Positions 1-10,234 of a DNA stretch of 42,288 nt are shown in pieces. This stretch comes from Octopus sinensis. Lineage: Eukaryota. Position numbers and translations under genes: made by a program. The notes under the pieces were generated by a model. The model was not told where the DNA came from, searched no databases, and saw only the letters and a list, made by a program, of their open reading frames with translations. The stretch spans positions 1 to 42,288 of the forward strand of contig NW_021835025.1 in assembly GCF_006345805.1 (NCBI RefSeq). Direction: 5' to 3'. How positions within the stretch are numbered: position 1 is the first letter of the stretch; the number at the start of each line of letters is the position of its first letter.

Positions 1-169
1 CAGTGAATGTTTCCACCCACATCACTCTTTACTTATACATTCAACAAAATGTCTTGCAGTCACTGAACGTAGAGGAAAATGACAGGGTGGTCACGGATGG
101 GGTATCTTTGATAAGTCTGTTTGATCAAGATTGAAGGGATGTGTGTGTAAATTTATAAAACAATGATAA

Positions 170-260
170 GGAGCTCCACGTGGTCGGTCGCCATGCTAGA
201 AATAGCAGCCAAATATCCCTTAAATCATCTACCATCTTAAAAAAATAGAGGTATATTAAG
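170..260 (+). mobile_element. Fragment of a dispersed repeat (family E; probable non-LTR retroelement 3' part)
   Basis: GCTAGAAATAGCAGCCAAATATCCC..AAATCA motif recurs degenerately near 11580-11735, 31225-31255 and 32365-32400; related downstream parts near 26050-26150 and 32640-32750. Confidence 0.4.
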
Positions 261-354
261 GGATATCAGTTTTAGATATACTGACTGTAATATAGTCAGA
301 ATGTTCACGTTCCGGAATACACTTTGTGGGTCAAACCACACGGAAACTACTACT

Positions 355-540
355 AGAAACACCACCACCACACCACCACCACCACCACCACCACCACCAC
401 CACCACCACCACCACCACCACCACTATCACCAGCACCACCAGCACCACCAGCACCACCATCACCACCACCGCCGCCGTCACCACCACCACCACGATCACC
501 ACCACCACCACCACCACCACCACCACTACTACTACTACCG
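355..540. repeat. Imperfect (CAC/ACC)n trinucleotide microsatellite
   Basis: Direct reading; explains the poly-Pro, poly-His, poly-Gly and poly-Val ORFs at 237-649. Confidence 0.95.
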
Positions 541-749
541 ACAAACCTATCACCGTCCCAGAATAGATTTTTGGGCAAATAATTTGAAGCGTTATCGATT
601 TAAAGAGCAATATAACGAAATCTGGGGGGGGGGTCTTTGTTTTGTTTGATTTTGCTTCTATGGGGGAAATCAGAGGTTAGGAACGAAGGCTAGATAATTA
701 GACACAACCACCCCTCTGCTTCTCAACTCCATAAATACTGATATATTCC

Positions 750-783
<34 letters not shown>

Positions 784-1026
784 TTGAACCTATGATAAAT
801 AGCCTGCGCCGTTTTCTTCTAGAGAACTACAAGCTATCGGATTTCCTACCTTACCTATAGCAATCAGCCTATCAACCTACCTTTGCCGCCTCCTCCTCCT
901 TCTTCACACAACAAGCATTGACCTGCAGACAATGTTGGATCCTCTGTGTGGTCGTTAAACCTGCTAAGATTAACGGTAGAAGCAGCAGCCAAGTCTCCCG
1001 TGGTATCACACATCGTTATTATTGCT

Positions 1027-1100
1027 TTAACCCTTTCACTGCGGAAGACAGATATATCCATTCAACATTTCATTGCCCTTGAATGTAGTTTTATTATCCA
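1027..1100 (+). mobile_element. Possible piggyBac-type terminal fragment
   Basis: TTAA followed by CCCTTTCACTGCGGAAGAC resembles piggyBac TTAA+CCC termini; no partner end found. Confidence 0.3.
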
Positions 1101-1186
1101 ATCTATCTGCAGGATGCAGGTTTATACACCGATCTATCTTTTTATTGCGAAATGTTATGTCTGGAAATATTTCCTGTTTAGATAAT

Positions 1187-1341
1187 AGGCTGTGTGGTAA
1201 GAAGCTTGCTTCCCAATCACATGCTTCCAGGTTCAGTCCCACTGTGTACTGTGTGGCACCATGGGCAAATGTCTTTTATTATAGCCTCGGGCCGACCAAA
1301 GCCGTGTGAGTGGATTTGGTAGACAGAAACTGAAAGAAGCC
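1187..1341 (+). mobile_element. SINE family A (tRNA-derived, CORE-like), head/body only
   Basis: A-box-like GGCTGTGTGGT, B-box-like GGTTCAGTCCC, CORE-like CACC(A)TGGGCAA; matches the other family A copies in the window. Confidence 0.9.
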
Positions 1342-1693
1342 TTTCATGGAATTTTTTTAATAACAGAAAACAAAAATGGCACCTCGTTCCCTTTCTTGGG
1401 GTAATTGTAATTTATTTTTTTACAATAACTGCCAATTCGCTGCCTTTACATCGGCACAAGGCCAACATATTGTTACAAAAATGTAATATGATCGATTGAA
1501 TCGAACCCATGATATACCTGGTACTTATTCCCTCGACCTCGCCGAGGGTTAAACTCAAAATGTAACGAGGTGTAATTAACACTTGCACTCTTCTTCCCTT
1601 ACACTTTATCTCTTTCACTTCAATTTCTTCTTTTCTTTAACTACTTGCCTGCAATTCAAGCGAAAATACCACTTCCTATCTCTCTTTCATTTT

Positions 1694-1721
1694 CTGATGA
1701 AGGACAGACATCCGAAACGTT
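1694..1721 (+). ncRNA. Minimal hammerhead ribozyme core (PLE type), stem I degenerate
   Basis: CTGATGA-A-GGA-cagaca-TCC-GAAAC-GTT: conserved core, 3-bp stem II, palindromic ACGT stem III. Lies in pyrimidine-rich sequence (about 1560-1790) resembling a Penelope 3' repeat. Stem I pairs poorly. Confidence 0.5.
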
Positions 1722-2083
1722 ATATACCTCACTTTTCATGGCAACTGAACGTAACAAGCTCTTCTCCAAACTTTCTTAATGACTAATTGTAGCCGATATA
1801 AAACAATCTCTATCTCACCCCCTCTCTCTCACTCTATCTGTCTATATACATGATATCTATAAATTACCATTACAAATTCATAGAAAACAAACTAGGAAAA
1901 AAAGCATAACTCAACAGAGTTTATTGGAAAGCAAAGTTTTATTAGAAACATCAGAACACTTTCACATCGGTTCCATTGGTTGCGAAGAAGTTTATTGATG
2001 GAGCTCAAATTTAATAGATACAATGAATTGTGGAAGTTGTAAAGATAATTTATGAACACAGCTTGCGCGCGTACACGCACATA

Positions 2084-2327
2084 TTCTTTTATTGTTTTAT
2101 TTGTTTCACTCATTTGATTGCGGCTATGCAGGAGCATCACCTTTAGTCGAGTAAATCGACACCCAGGACTTATTTTTGTAAGCCTTGCACTTATTCTGTC
2201 GGTCTCTTATGCCGAACCGCGAGGTTACGGGGACATAAACACACCAGCATCGGTTGTCAAGCGATGTTGGGGGACAAACACAGATACACAAACACACACA
2301 CACGCACACACACACACACGCACACAC

Positions 2328-2360
<33 letters not shown>

Positions 2361-2551
2361 GTGTATGTGTATATATGTATGTATATACGACGGGCTTCTT
2401 TCAGTTTCCGTCTACCAAATCCACTCACAAGGCTTTGGTCGGCCCGAGGTTATAGTAGAAGACACTTGCCCACAGTGCCACGCAGTATGACTGAACCCGG
2501 AACCATGTGGTTGGTAAGCAAGCTACTTACCACACAGCCACTCCTGCGCCT
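2084..2551 (-). mobile_element. SINE family A, full composite copy with internal (CA)n/(TA)n
   Basis: Collinear with copies at 15537, 19794, 25051 and 41278. Confidence 0.93.
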
Positions 2552-2949
2552 GTACATATATATATATATTAATAGTTTCGCCGCCGGATTCTTCTTGCCA
2601 GATTTGTTAATTTAATCTCCGCAGGATTTTTTTTCTCAATAAACAACATTATTTTTTCTTGTTAAAATGAAATATATTCGTTTAAAAAGTAGTGAGGTGA
2701 GTTCATTTACATTAGCTTTATCTAATTTAAATAGCTAGAATAAAATTACATATCGTATCTTGAAGTATGCAAAAAAAAAAACAAAAACAAAAAAAAAAAA
2801 AAAAAAAAAAACCCTAAAGCCAAAAATGCAAACAAAATTCTGTTCAGTAGTTTACAATCAACGTTACTGATGCTAAAATAACAATAAAAACTATTGTACA
2901 AACTCTGCTTCGCTGTTTATTCTTTATTTATGCTTTTAACTAATAACAT

Positions 2950-3180
2950 AGTTTGATCGTCAGATAAGATGCTTGACGTCAGCTTCGTTGTGTGTACGTA
3001 ACGTTATATTGCAACAGGGCTTGGCGGTGACTAAACGGGAGACGAAATTCGGCATGGCGGCCATTAAACCGTAGATCGGTAATTGAGCTGCAATCTTTAT
3101 TTAACGTGGGTGTTTGTTGCATCGACTTCCAGTGGCTAAACGCTCGCACGCGCACCACGCGGAAATATAGACACGCAATC
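2950..3180. promoter_or_regulatory. CpG-rich unique segment, candidate enhancer
   Basis: Perfect CRE palindrome TGACGTCA (2974-2981), AGATAAG (2962-2968), YY1-like CATGGCGGCCAT, TAATTG/CATTAA homeodomain cores; not similar to any repeat seen in the window. Confidence 0.3.
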
Positions 3181-3324
3181 TCTCTTTCTTTTACAAACAC
3201 ACACACACACACACACGCACACACGCAGTTGGCTGCTGAAATGCTATTTGAATAGGGGGGAAAAAATGAGGTCGGTACAGGCGTAGATAAAAAACAAGAA
3301 TTAATTTAATGCAGATCTCACACA

Positions 3325-3355
<31 letters not shown>

Positions 3356-3507
3356 CATATGTAGTAATGTTGATGCTAACAGGAAAAATAAAACTCAAAA
3401 TCTGAGTATATAAGCGCCAACGCACGTAACTCTCAGAACTTGAGTCACTCGCTTGCTTCTGCTACATGTAATATATATATATATATATATATATATTAAT
3501 ATATATA

Positions 3508-3700
3508 CCGTAAATCCTCGAGTATAATCTGCATTTTTCCCTCAAAATTTAAAGGTCAAAATCCCTAGTGCGTACTATATACAAGGTTAAAAGTGAAAAT
3601 TATTTTCTAAGCAATGTCCGAGTTTCTATTTGCTGTCTGGCAATGTTTATTCAGGCGCATTTTCTGATGTCGGGCGCGAAAATAACTTAAGCTAAGCCTG
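3508..3700 (+). mobile_element. Tc1/mariner superfamily (Tc2/pogo-like) left end fragment
   Basis: TA followed by CCGTAAATCCTCGAGTATAA resembles Tc2-type TIRs, adjacent to a (TA)n tract; no second TIR found; right boundary approximate. Confidence 0.45.
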
Positions 3701-3815
3701 AAAGCAATGAACTATTTTTTGCCTATAAATCCCTTTGATTCCTTTTTTACTTGGGTGGTTCTTCATAACCATTCAATGTTTAAAAAAAAATCCCATATTC
3801 TTAGAATTAAATATT

Positions 3816-4218
3816 ACTAGCATTATAGCCCAGTGTTGCTCGGGTTTGTTTTCTTTTCGACCCTTTAGAATTGGAACTTTTGAAAAGTAAAAAAATTGCA
3901 TTATGTAGCTTGTTATTCTCTTTAAGTGAACATTTTTCTGGTTGAAATACACCGAAAAATGGCGACACAGCAGTCTAAAAATCGTAAAAAATAGGGATTT
4001 TCATAGAAAAAAAGCACCTTTTTGATGTAAATAATTTTTGGTGTTAACATAGTCCGATTTGAATTTTTTTCTTCTACGGAAGGAAGAGCAAGCCTTCTTC
4101 TATCATACTCTCAATTTTGGTCAACTTGCGCCGAAGGGTCTCGGAGGAGATAGTGTTAGTTGAAAGTTACCAAACCTGCCACACACAGACAACCTCCGTT
4201 TTATATATATATAGAGAT
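3816..4218 (+). mobile_element. Non-autonomous Helitron/Helentron (HINE-like) element
   Basis: Starts ACTAGC..AGCCCAGTGTTGCTCGGG (subterminal hairpin) and ends CACACAGACAACCTCCGTTTTATATATATATAGAGAT, the end pattern typical of such elements; T-rich flanks. Confidence 0.6.
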
Positions 4219-4234
4219 TAGGAATTATATAAAA

Positions 4235-4356
4235 AAAAATTATAAATTATTTTGTTTATTGTAGAAATATAAACAATTTATTGCACATAAATGTTAACAA
4301 AAGAAATTCTCATATGGACCCCTAAAGGTCATATGAATCCTGGTTGAGAACCACTA
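4235..4356 (-). mobile_element. hAT (Charlie-like) MITE end
   Basis: Ends GGTTGAGAACCACT(A); reverse complement matches the element beginning CAGTGATTCTCAACCAGGG at 32419, including TTTATGTGCAATAAATTG. Confidence 0.6.
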
Positions 4357-4857
4357 GTTTAAACACTAAAGAATTAAGAATGATAATTTTAATTCTTGAT
4401 AAATATCTATCTGGAAGAATAATTATTCTTGATAATAATGCAGTGGAAGCGCCTTTTGAAGAGAATTCGCGACAAAATATCAGGGATTTATCACAGAATA
4501 ATTAGATACATCGGTACACGTCTACAAATTTCAAGAGGAGGGTATGGTAAAAATATAGATAATGGAATAGACACGCGTATGCGGATCTGAATGATCTTTG
4601 TCGAATTCGGAATAGTGAAAACCAAAGTCGATCCCTACCAGGTTTGAACACCGAACGCAAATAAATACTGTTTGTCATTTGTTTTACAAAATCAACTTAT
4701 CAAATTGAAGAAAAGAAGAAAAAAAAGTTGGAGAAGCGTATAGAAGAAGAAGTTGGGTACCCCATAAAATGTTCCTTGAAAATAAGGCTTTGGGTTAAAC
4801 AGTGTGAGTCAATTGGAGATGAAAAAAAAAACGTTCTTAAAACGAATGAGAAACGGA

Positions 4858-4981
4858 TTACTCGTTTACTTGTTTCAGTCATTTAACTGCGGCCATGCTG
4901 GAGTACCGCCTTAAGTCGAGCAAATCGACCCCGGGACTTATTCTTTGTAAGCCCAGTACTTATTCTATCAGTCTCTTTTGC
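4858..4981 (-). mobile_element. SINE family A 3' tail only
   Basis: Matches the tail segment of full copies. Confidence 0.88.
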
Positions 4982-5025
4982 AGTGTGTTACTTATACCTG
5001 GGTACCAATAATTACTGAACTTGTA

Positions 5026-5058
<33 letters not shown>

Positions 5059-5131
5059 TGTATGTATGTATGTATGTATATCTATATCTATCTATCTATC
5101 TATATATATTACATATAGATACATATATATA

Positions 5132-5165
<34 letters not shown>

Positions 5166-5277
5166 CATCACAATCTGTTATTTCTAGTGGGTGAATGGCC
5201 TATTATGGCCGTTCCTTGATTGTGATGTTGAACTTAAAATGGTCTATGACTATTTAATTTTTTCCCACTAGGCCGCT

Positions 5278-5316
5278 GGTGGCAAAAAAATTCTACAAAA
5301 TTTTTTGGCCACCCTA
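5278..5316. mobile_element. Short hairpin ending in a Tc1/mariner-like TIR end
   Basis: GGTGGCAAAAAAATT (5278-5292) and AATTTTTTGGCCACC (5299-5313) are 14/15 inverted; followed by CTA then TA. Confidence 0.35.
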
Positions 5317-5325
5317 TATTGATTA

Positions 5326-5368
<43 letters not shown>

Positions 5369-5423
5369 CGCAAACATATATACATATACATACATACGTA
5401 TATATATATATGTATATGTCTGT

Positions 5424-5488
5424 AAATAACTACTAACATTCTCCCCCATCATGCCAGGCATGATGGGGGAGAATTTTAGTAGTTATTT
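5424..5488. repeat. 65-bp near-perfect palindrome (32-bp arms, 1-nt spacer)
   Basis: 5424-5455 AAATAACTACTAACATTCTCCCCCATCATGCC versus reverse complement of 5457-5488: 31/32 identical. Confidence 0.97.
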
Positions 5489-5492
5489 GGCA

Positions 5493-5561
5493 GTCAGACT
5501 TAGCTGATGAGAAATCACGCGCGTGGGTGGCGCTAAATTTCGAAACCGGTACTGAATTGAC
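5493..5561 (+). ncRNA. Type I hammerhead ribozyme with intact catalytic core
   Basis: Stem I 5' arm GTCAGACTTAG (5493-5503); CTGATGA (5504-5510); stem II GAAAT/ATTTC (5511-15/5537-41) extended by GCGC/GCGC; GAAA (5542-45); stem III AC-CG-GT; cleavage triplet GUA (5549-51); stem I 3' arm CTGAATTGAC (4 bp + internal loop + 5 bp, including G-U pairs). Confidence 0.8.
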
Positions 5562-5734
5562 CAGCATTTACTTGTTCTGACCCATTTGAGGTAAGACATT
5601 ATTATTGTTCACTGATATTTTTTCCTATCTTGTCTGTAATGGATTTGTGACTATTCGGTGGTACAGAAGTATTTTCCGACTTCTATCGTGTGTGGTGTGT
5701 GTGTGTGTGTGTGTGTTGTGTATATATATATATA

Positions 5735-5771
<37 letters not shown>

Positions 5772-5809
5772 ATATATATATATATATATATATTATATAC
5801 ATACATACA

Positions 5810-5841
<32 letters not shown>

Positions 5842-6074
5842 AGTACACACACACTCACACACAATTACTTGCTGGTTAAGTGATGATGTGTTTTTAGTGC
5901 CGAAACCGTGTCGACTCCTGCATGACACGGCTTAAGAGGGATATTTTTTTTACGTCTGTTTGTTGGCCGTTTTTTTTTCTTGTTAATTGCTGTCTACATC
6001 TTTTCACTCACTATTATTTGTAATTGTAGCGTACAAAATTTCATCTTTATAGATTTGTTTTGCTTTGACGTACA

Positions 6075-6118
<44 letters not shown>

Positions 6119-6273
6119 CCACACACACACATCCACACACACACACACGTACGCACACACATACATTCATACACACACCAAAATACACACACACACACAC
6201 CAATAAACACACATAAATGTACATCCGTGTCTGCGGGTACGTAAATAGGTACACATGCTAACACACACACACA

Positions 6274-6311
<38 letters not shown>

Positions 6312-6487
6312 ACACACACATTATAGATACCAGCATCGTTGTATTGCATTGCATTGTATTTTTAAACTAGGCTAATACAACGTGCACGGTATTGAAAGAT
6401 GTCCCGAAAATGAAAAAGAAAATTATCATTGTTTAACGTTGGATATTTCCATTCCGCTATCTGCAGTCTATACATCCAGCATTGCCT

Positions 6488-6528
<41 letters not shown>

Positions 6529-6626
6529 TGTATGAAGAGAGAGAGAAGGAGAGATTGTGCGTTTAATTTGATGCGCCTCTTGCATACTTTTCTGTATATT
6601 GCTTCTATTTCAATATTAGCTGATTG

Positions 6627-6783
6627 CTCTTTAGAAAGCTATAGGCACCACTGCAAGATGTTTCTTGTACTGTAGAGTCACAATGCTTTTCATTGTTTCA
6701 GCCTTCTTTTTGTTGCTTTTCTTTCTTCACTAACATTACATCAGTAAAAAAACAACAACTCTCTGTACATTTGTATTATTAGA
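6627..6783 (-). repeat. Left arm of an inverted repeat pair (element X)
   Basis: Reverse complement of 6627-6695 aligns to 7675-7750 at about 61/69 with one 7-nt indel; a second short block at 6766-6783 versus 7636-7653. Confidence 0.85.
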
Positions 6784-6981
6784 CGATATAGCAAAGGAGA
6801 AATGTACAGTTCTTAGTGATTCTGAATGGCATTCAATGTTCTTTGGGTTTTCAGAGTAACTGTTCGACTTTTTGTGTTGGTTTAAGTTATTAAATGTTTT
6901 TTTTTTCTTATCACTTGGTTATTTTCCACTGACTGCTTCATGTTAGTAACTTGGTCAAAACATTTCGCATTAATTTCTGTC

Positions 6982-7190
6982 AAGGCGGCGGGCAGGCAGA
7001 AACCGTTAGCACCCTGGGCAAAATGCTTAGCGGCATTTCATCTGTCTGTGTGTTCAGATTCCGCTGAGGGTAACTTTACCTTTCATCCTTTCGGGGTCGA
7101 TAAAATAGTATTTGTTGAATACTAAGGTCGATGTAATCGACTAACCTGCTTCTCTGAAATTTGTGGTATTGTGCCAAAATTAGAAACCAT
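6982..7190 (+). mobile_element. SINE family B (tRNA head plus CCTTTCATCCTTTCGGGGTCGATAA module)
   Basis: Diverged copy of the younger copies at 16111, 29106, 29564 and 32121. Confidence 0.85.
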
Positions 7191-7204
7191 TGTTAATTTC
7201 TGCC

Positions 7205-7410
7205 AAGGCAGCGAGCATGCAAAATCGTGAGCGAGCCGGACAAAATGCTTAGCAGTATTTCTCCTTATGTTCTGAGTTCAAATTCTGCCGTGGGTCGACT
7301 TTGCCTTTTACTCTTTCGGGGTGATCAAATAAGGGCCGATCAAGCACTGTGGTCAACAAAATTGACTAACTCCTCCCCACTCCCAAATTGCTGGCCTTGT
7401 GCCAAAACTC
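7205..7410 (+). mobile_element. SINE family B, diverged
   Basis: GAGTTCAAATTCTGCCG..GTCGACTTTGCC motifs. Confidence 0.8.
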
Positions 7411-7420
7411 CTTTCTACTG

Positions 7421-7610
7421 CAGGCATAAAGCCTGAAATTTTGGGGGAGGGGGTAGTCGATTACATCGACCCCCAGTGCTCAACTAGTACATTATTTCAT
7501 CGACCCCGAAACGATGAACAAGCAAAGTCGACCACGGCGGCATTTGAACTCAGAACATAAAGCCGGAAGAAATGTCGCTATGCATTTTGTCTGACATGGT
7601 AACAATTCTT
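7421..7610 (-). mobile_element. SINE family B, diverged
   Basis: Reverse complement motifs GTCGATTACATCGACCCC and GCAAAGTCGACC. Confidence 0.85.
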
Positions 7611-7635
7611 GTACATTTCTTCTTCGCATTTTTCA

Positions 7636-7750
7636 TCTAATAATGAAAATGTAGGAACAAAATGAGGGTCGGAGCAATGACGAGCATTTTGACTGTACAG
7701 TACAACTTCTAAGAAGCATCTTGCAGTGATACCTATGGCTTTCTAAAGAG
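7636..7750 (+). repeat. Right arm of the inverted repeat pair (element X)
   Basis: See 6627-6783. Confidence 0.85.
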
Positions 7751-7754
7751 GTTC

Positions 7755-7931
7755 AAATTTTGGTACAAGGCTAGCAATTTCGGGTAAGTAAGGAGATTAA
7801 ATCGACCCCTGTGCTCAAATAGTACTTATTTTATCGACTCCAAAAGCAAAGTTGACCCTGGCAGCATTCGAACTCAGAAATGTCGCTAAGCATTTTGCTT
7901 GGTGCGGTAACGATTCTGCCGGCTCGCCACT
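7755..7931 (-). mobile_element. SINE family B, diverged
   Basis: Reverse complement of head (GTGGCGAGCCGGCAGAATCG) and body motifs. Confidence 0.82.
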
Positions 7932-8234
7932 TTGCAATCAGTTAATATTTAAAAAAAAGATACGACATAGAGAAAAGAAGGTGAAATTTGTTTATTATTA
8001 AGTACATGTTAAAGAACTTTTTCATTACTGTGGGTGTTTTGTATTACTATAAAAGGAACGGTTTCAAAGCAGGAAAGCCCTGTATTTGTCTAATGATACC
8101 AGGCATTAGTGACAGACAGCGAGTCTTTCTACAGGACGAGGAGCTTCTGTATTCAATTTCAATAAAATCATAATACTCCTTGAGATGTCCAATTCAAACT
8201 ATGTAGAAGATATTGATAAATCGTGCGGATAGTA

Positions 8235-8800
8235 TTGGGTTGTCCGGAAAGTTCGTGCCGATTCTTAAAGGAAGGAAAAAGGTCAATAAATACTTGCCAT
8301 TACATTTTTAATCAACCAAATATGAATCATTTTGTTGCACAGTGCGTCTCCATCTTTCCTTTAACTTGAAAATACCCTCTTCCCAGAACTGAGGTGGTTT
8401 CATGGCAAAGAATTCATCAAAGTATCTTTTTACGTCATCCAAGGAATTGAAATTTTTACCATTAAGATTATTCTGCAGAGACCTGAATAAGTTGAAATCC
8501 GAAGGAGCAATATCTGATGAATATGGAGGGTGGGGTAACACATTCCAGCCGAGCTGCAGCAATTTCTGTCTGTTTCCCAAAGCATCAAGTGCTGAAAATG
8601 AACTTTCTTATCTTCCATTTTAAATGGATACAGAATTAACACAGGTTATAGGAACATAAGCCTTCTTCCACGAAAAGATAGCTAAAACTGTTCTCTAAAT
8701 GGAGGTGTAGTCAAATCCTATTTTATGGACTCAACCATGTTCTAAAATAAGTCGAAAGGTAAGCTACTATAAATCGGCACGAAGTTTCCGGACAACCCAA
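8235..8800 (-). mobile_element. Internally deleted mariner transposon (566 bp), mellifera-like
   Basis: 29-bp TIRs TTGGGTTGTCCGGAAA(G/C)TTCGTGCCGATT (28/29), TA duplications at 8233-34 and 8801-02. Confidence 0.95.
8308..8618 (-). pseudogene. Mariner transposase remnant: N-terminal 15 aa joined out of frame to the C-terminal ~87 aa
   Basis: MEDKKVHFQHLMLWE then RQKLLQLGWNVLPHPPYSSDIAPSDFNLFRSLQN..ERWRRTVQQNDSYLVD (mariner YSPDLAPSD-type motif); junction near 8572. Confidence 0.92.
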
Positions 8801-9059
8801 TATTTTCAATATCGCGTATCTAATTTTTGCTGCGTGGTAGGCATAGTTGGCTATCTTTTTGCCTGTCCTGTGTATCACATATGATACTCCGGACATATTT
8901 TCCTGGCGTCTACACATCATACATGCTACATATTCTCAATGTTTTTCACCCACCAGAGTAACTTGTGACTTATGAAACGGAAGCTTTATATTACCCAGAA
9001 CGTATGATGCAAAGGTTAACTAATAATCGGAAAACAAACTCGAACATTTAGCACAAACT

Positions 9060-9560
9060 TATGGAAATGCTTTGGACATGCAAAGGGTTAAAATATGTGA
9101 TTGGCAAATCACTTCAATTAAATTCCTTCATATTTGCAAACATTTTATTCAGATTAGCGAACATGTCATTCAGATTTACGAGCATATTATTGCCGTCTTC
9201 ATTACGAATGAATTCTTCCAAACATTTGTACTGTAGTTGTCACCTGTGAAGAGAGACCATTTTCTCCAGAATTTCCTTTATGTAATTAGTAAATGTGTCT
9301 GCAGTCTCATTACGTGTGTTCTATATAACTCAATCAGTTTTGACTGTAAAAACAACCATTATTCTTCCAGTCAAAAGTACTGAATAATTACAGGAAATGG
9401 TTTTATTGAATTGAGATTATTTCCATCTGCAGCGATTCCATAATATGCTGCTATCTCATTTTCTTCAAGATTTTTCAAGGTAGCATTTATAGAACGGTAG
9501 TGCAAATATTGAATTAACAAATGCTTCTGTTTTGTTTGAGCACAAGAAATCATTCACTGC
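9060..9560 (-). pseudogene. Decayed hAT-superfamily transposase fragment
   Basis: Frameshifted translation gives YYGIAADGN..IKPFPVIIQYF, NETADTFTNYIKEILEK, FTGDNYSTN and a CxxH motif (ACPKH), in the order expected for a hAT catalytic core. Confidence 0.6.
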
Positions 9561-9719
9561 CATCTCTGAATCAGAGAAACTAATTTTAACCCAGACAGCT
9601 TGAGCAGTTTAGTACTTTGTGAAGCGTTTACGATATTTAAGAGTGAAATACTTGAATATATTCTGAAGTTTTTCCATCGGTCTTGACAAAATAAATAAAT
9701 AAGTAAATAATAAAATAAA

Positions 9720-9849
9720 ATTCCCAACTTCATGGTTTCGGGTTCAGTCCCACTGCGTGGCACCTTGGACAAATGTCTTCTACTATAGCCTCGGGCCGAC
9801 CAAGGTTTGTGAGTGGATTTGTTCGACGGAGGCTGAAAGAAACCCGTCG

Positions 9850-9850
<1 letters not shown>
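9720..9850 (+). mobile_element. SINE family A head/body, followed by ~190 bp (TA)n/(TATG)n
   Basis: GGTTCAGTCCCACTGCGTGGCACCTTGG..GAAAGAAACCCGTCGT. Confidence 0.9.
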
Positions 9851-9902
<52 letters not shown>

Positions 9903-9970
9903 TATATATGTATATATATATTATATATATATATATAGTTATATATATATATATATATCTATATATTATA

Positions 9971-10038
<68 letters not shown>

Positions 10039-10041
10039 CGT

Positions 10042-10234
10042 GGAGGCGCGTGGCTTAGTGGTTAGGATGTGAGCATTATAATCGTGAGATTGTGGTTTCG
10101 ATTCCTGGACTGGGCGACGCGTTGTGTTCTTGAGCAAAGCACTTCATTTCACGTTGCTCCAGTCCACTCAGTTGGCAAAAATGAGTAACGCTGCGATGGA
10201 CTGGCGTCCCGTCCAGCTGGGGAACGCATACGCC
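10042..10234 (+). mobile_element. SINE family C (tRNA-derived)
   Basis: GGAGGCGCGTGGCTTAGTGGTTAGG (A box), GGTTTCGATTCC (B box); matches the reverse-strand copy at 30560-30824. Confidence 0.9.

Noticed and set aside
237-649. Formin/extensin-like poly-Pro, poly-His and poly-Gly ORFs
   Set aside because: All are frames of one (CAC)n microsatellite with no unique domain.
2053-2063. TGAACACAGCT equals the first 11 nt of miR-317 as I recall it
   Set aside because: The rest diverges and there is no hairpin; expected by chance.
3066-3088. AAACCGTAGATCGGTAATTG resembles miR-100/miR-10 family
   Set aside because: Seed differs (AACCGUA versus ACCCGUA) and no precursor-sized hairpin forms.
5878-5932. 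GTGATGA..CCGAAACCGTGTC as a hammerhead or C/D snoRNA box
   Set aside because: C3 is missing, stems I and II do not pair, and there is no D box; only a 7-bp hairpin (CCGTGTC/GACACGG) is real.
10042-10115. tRNA-like sequences with A and B boxes (also the heads of SINEs A, B and D)
   Set aside because: They continue directly into SINE bodies and recur as dispersed copies; not tRNA genes.
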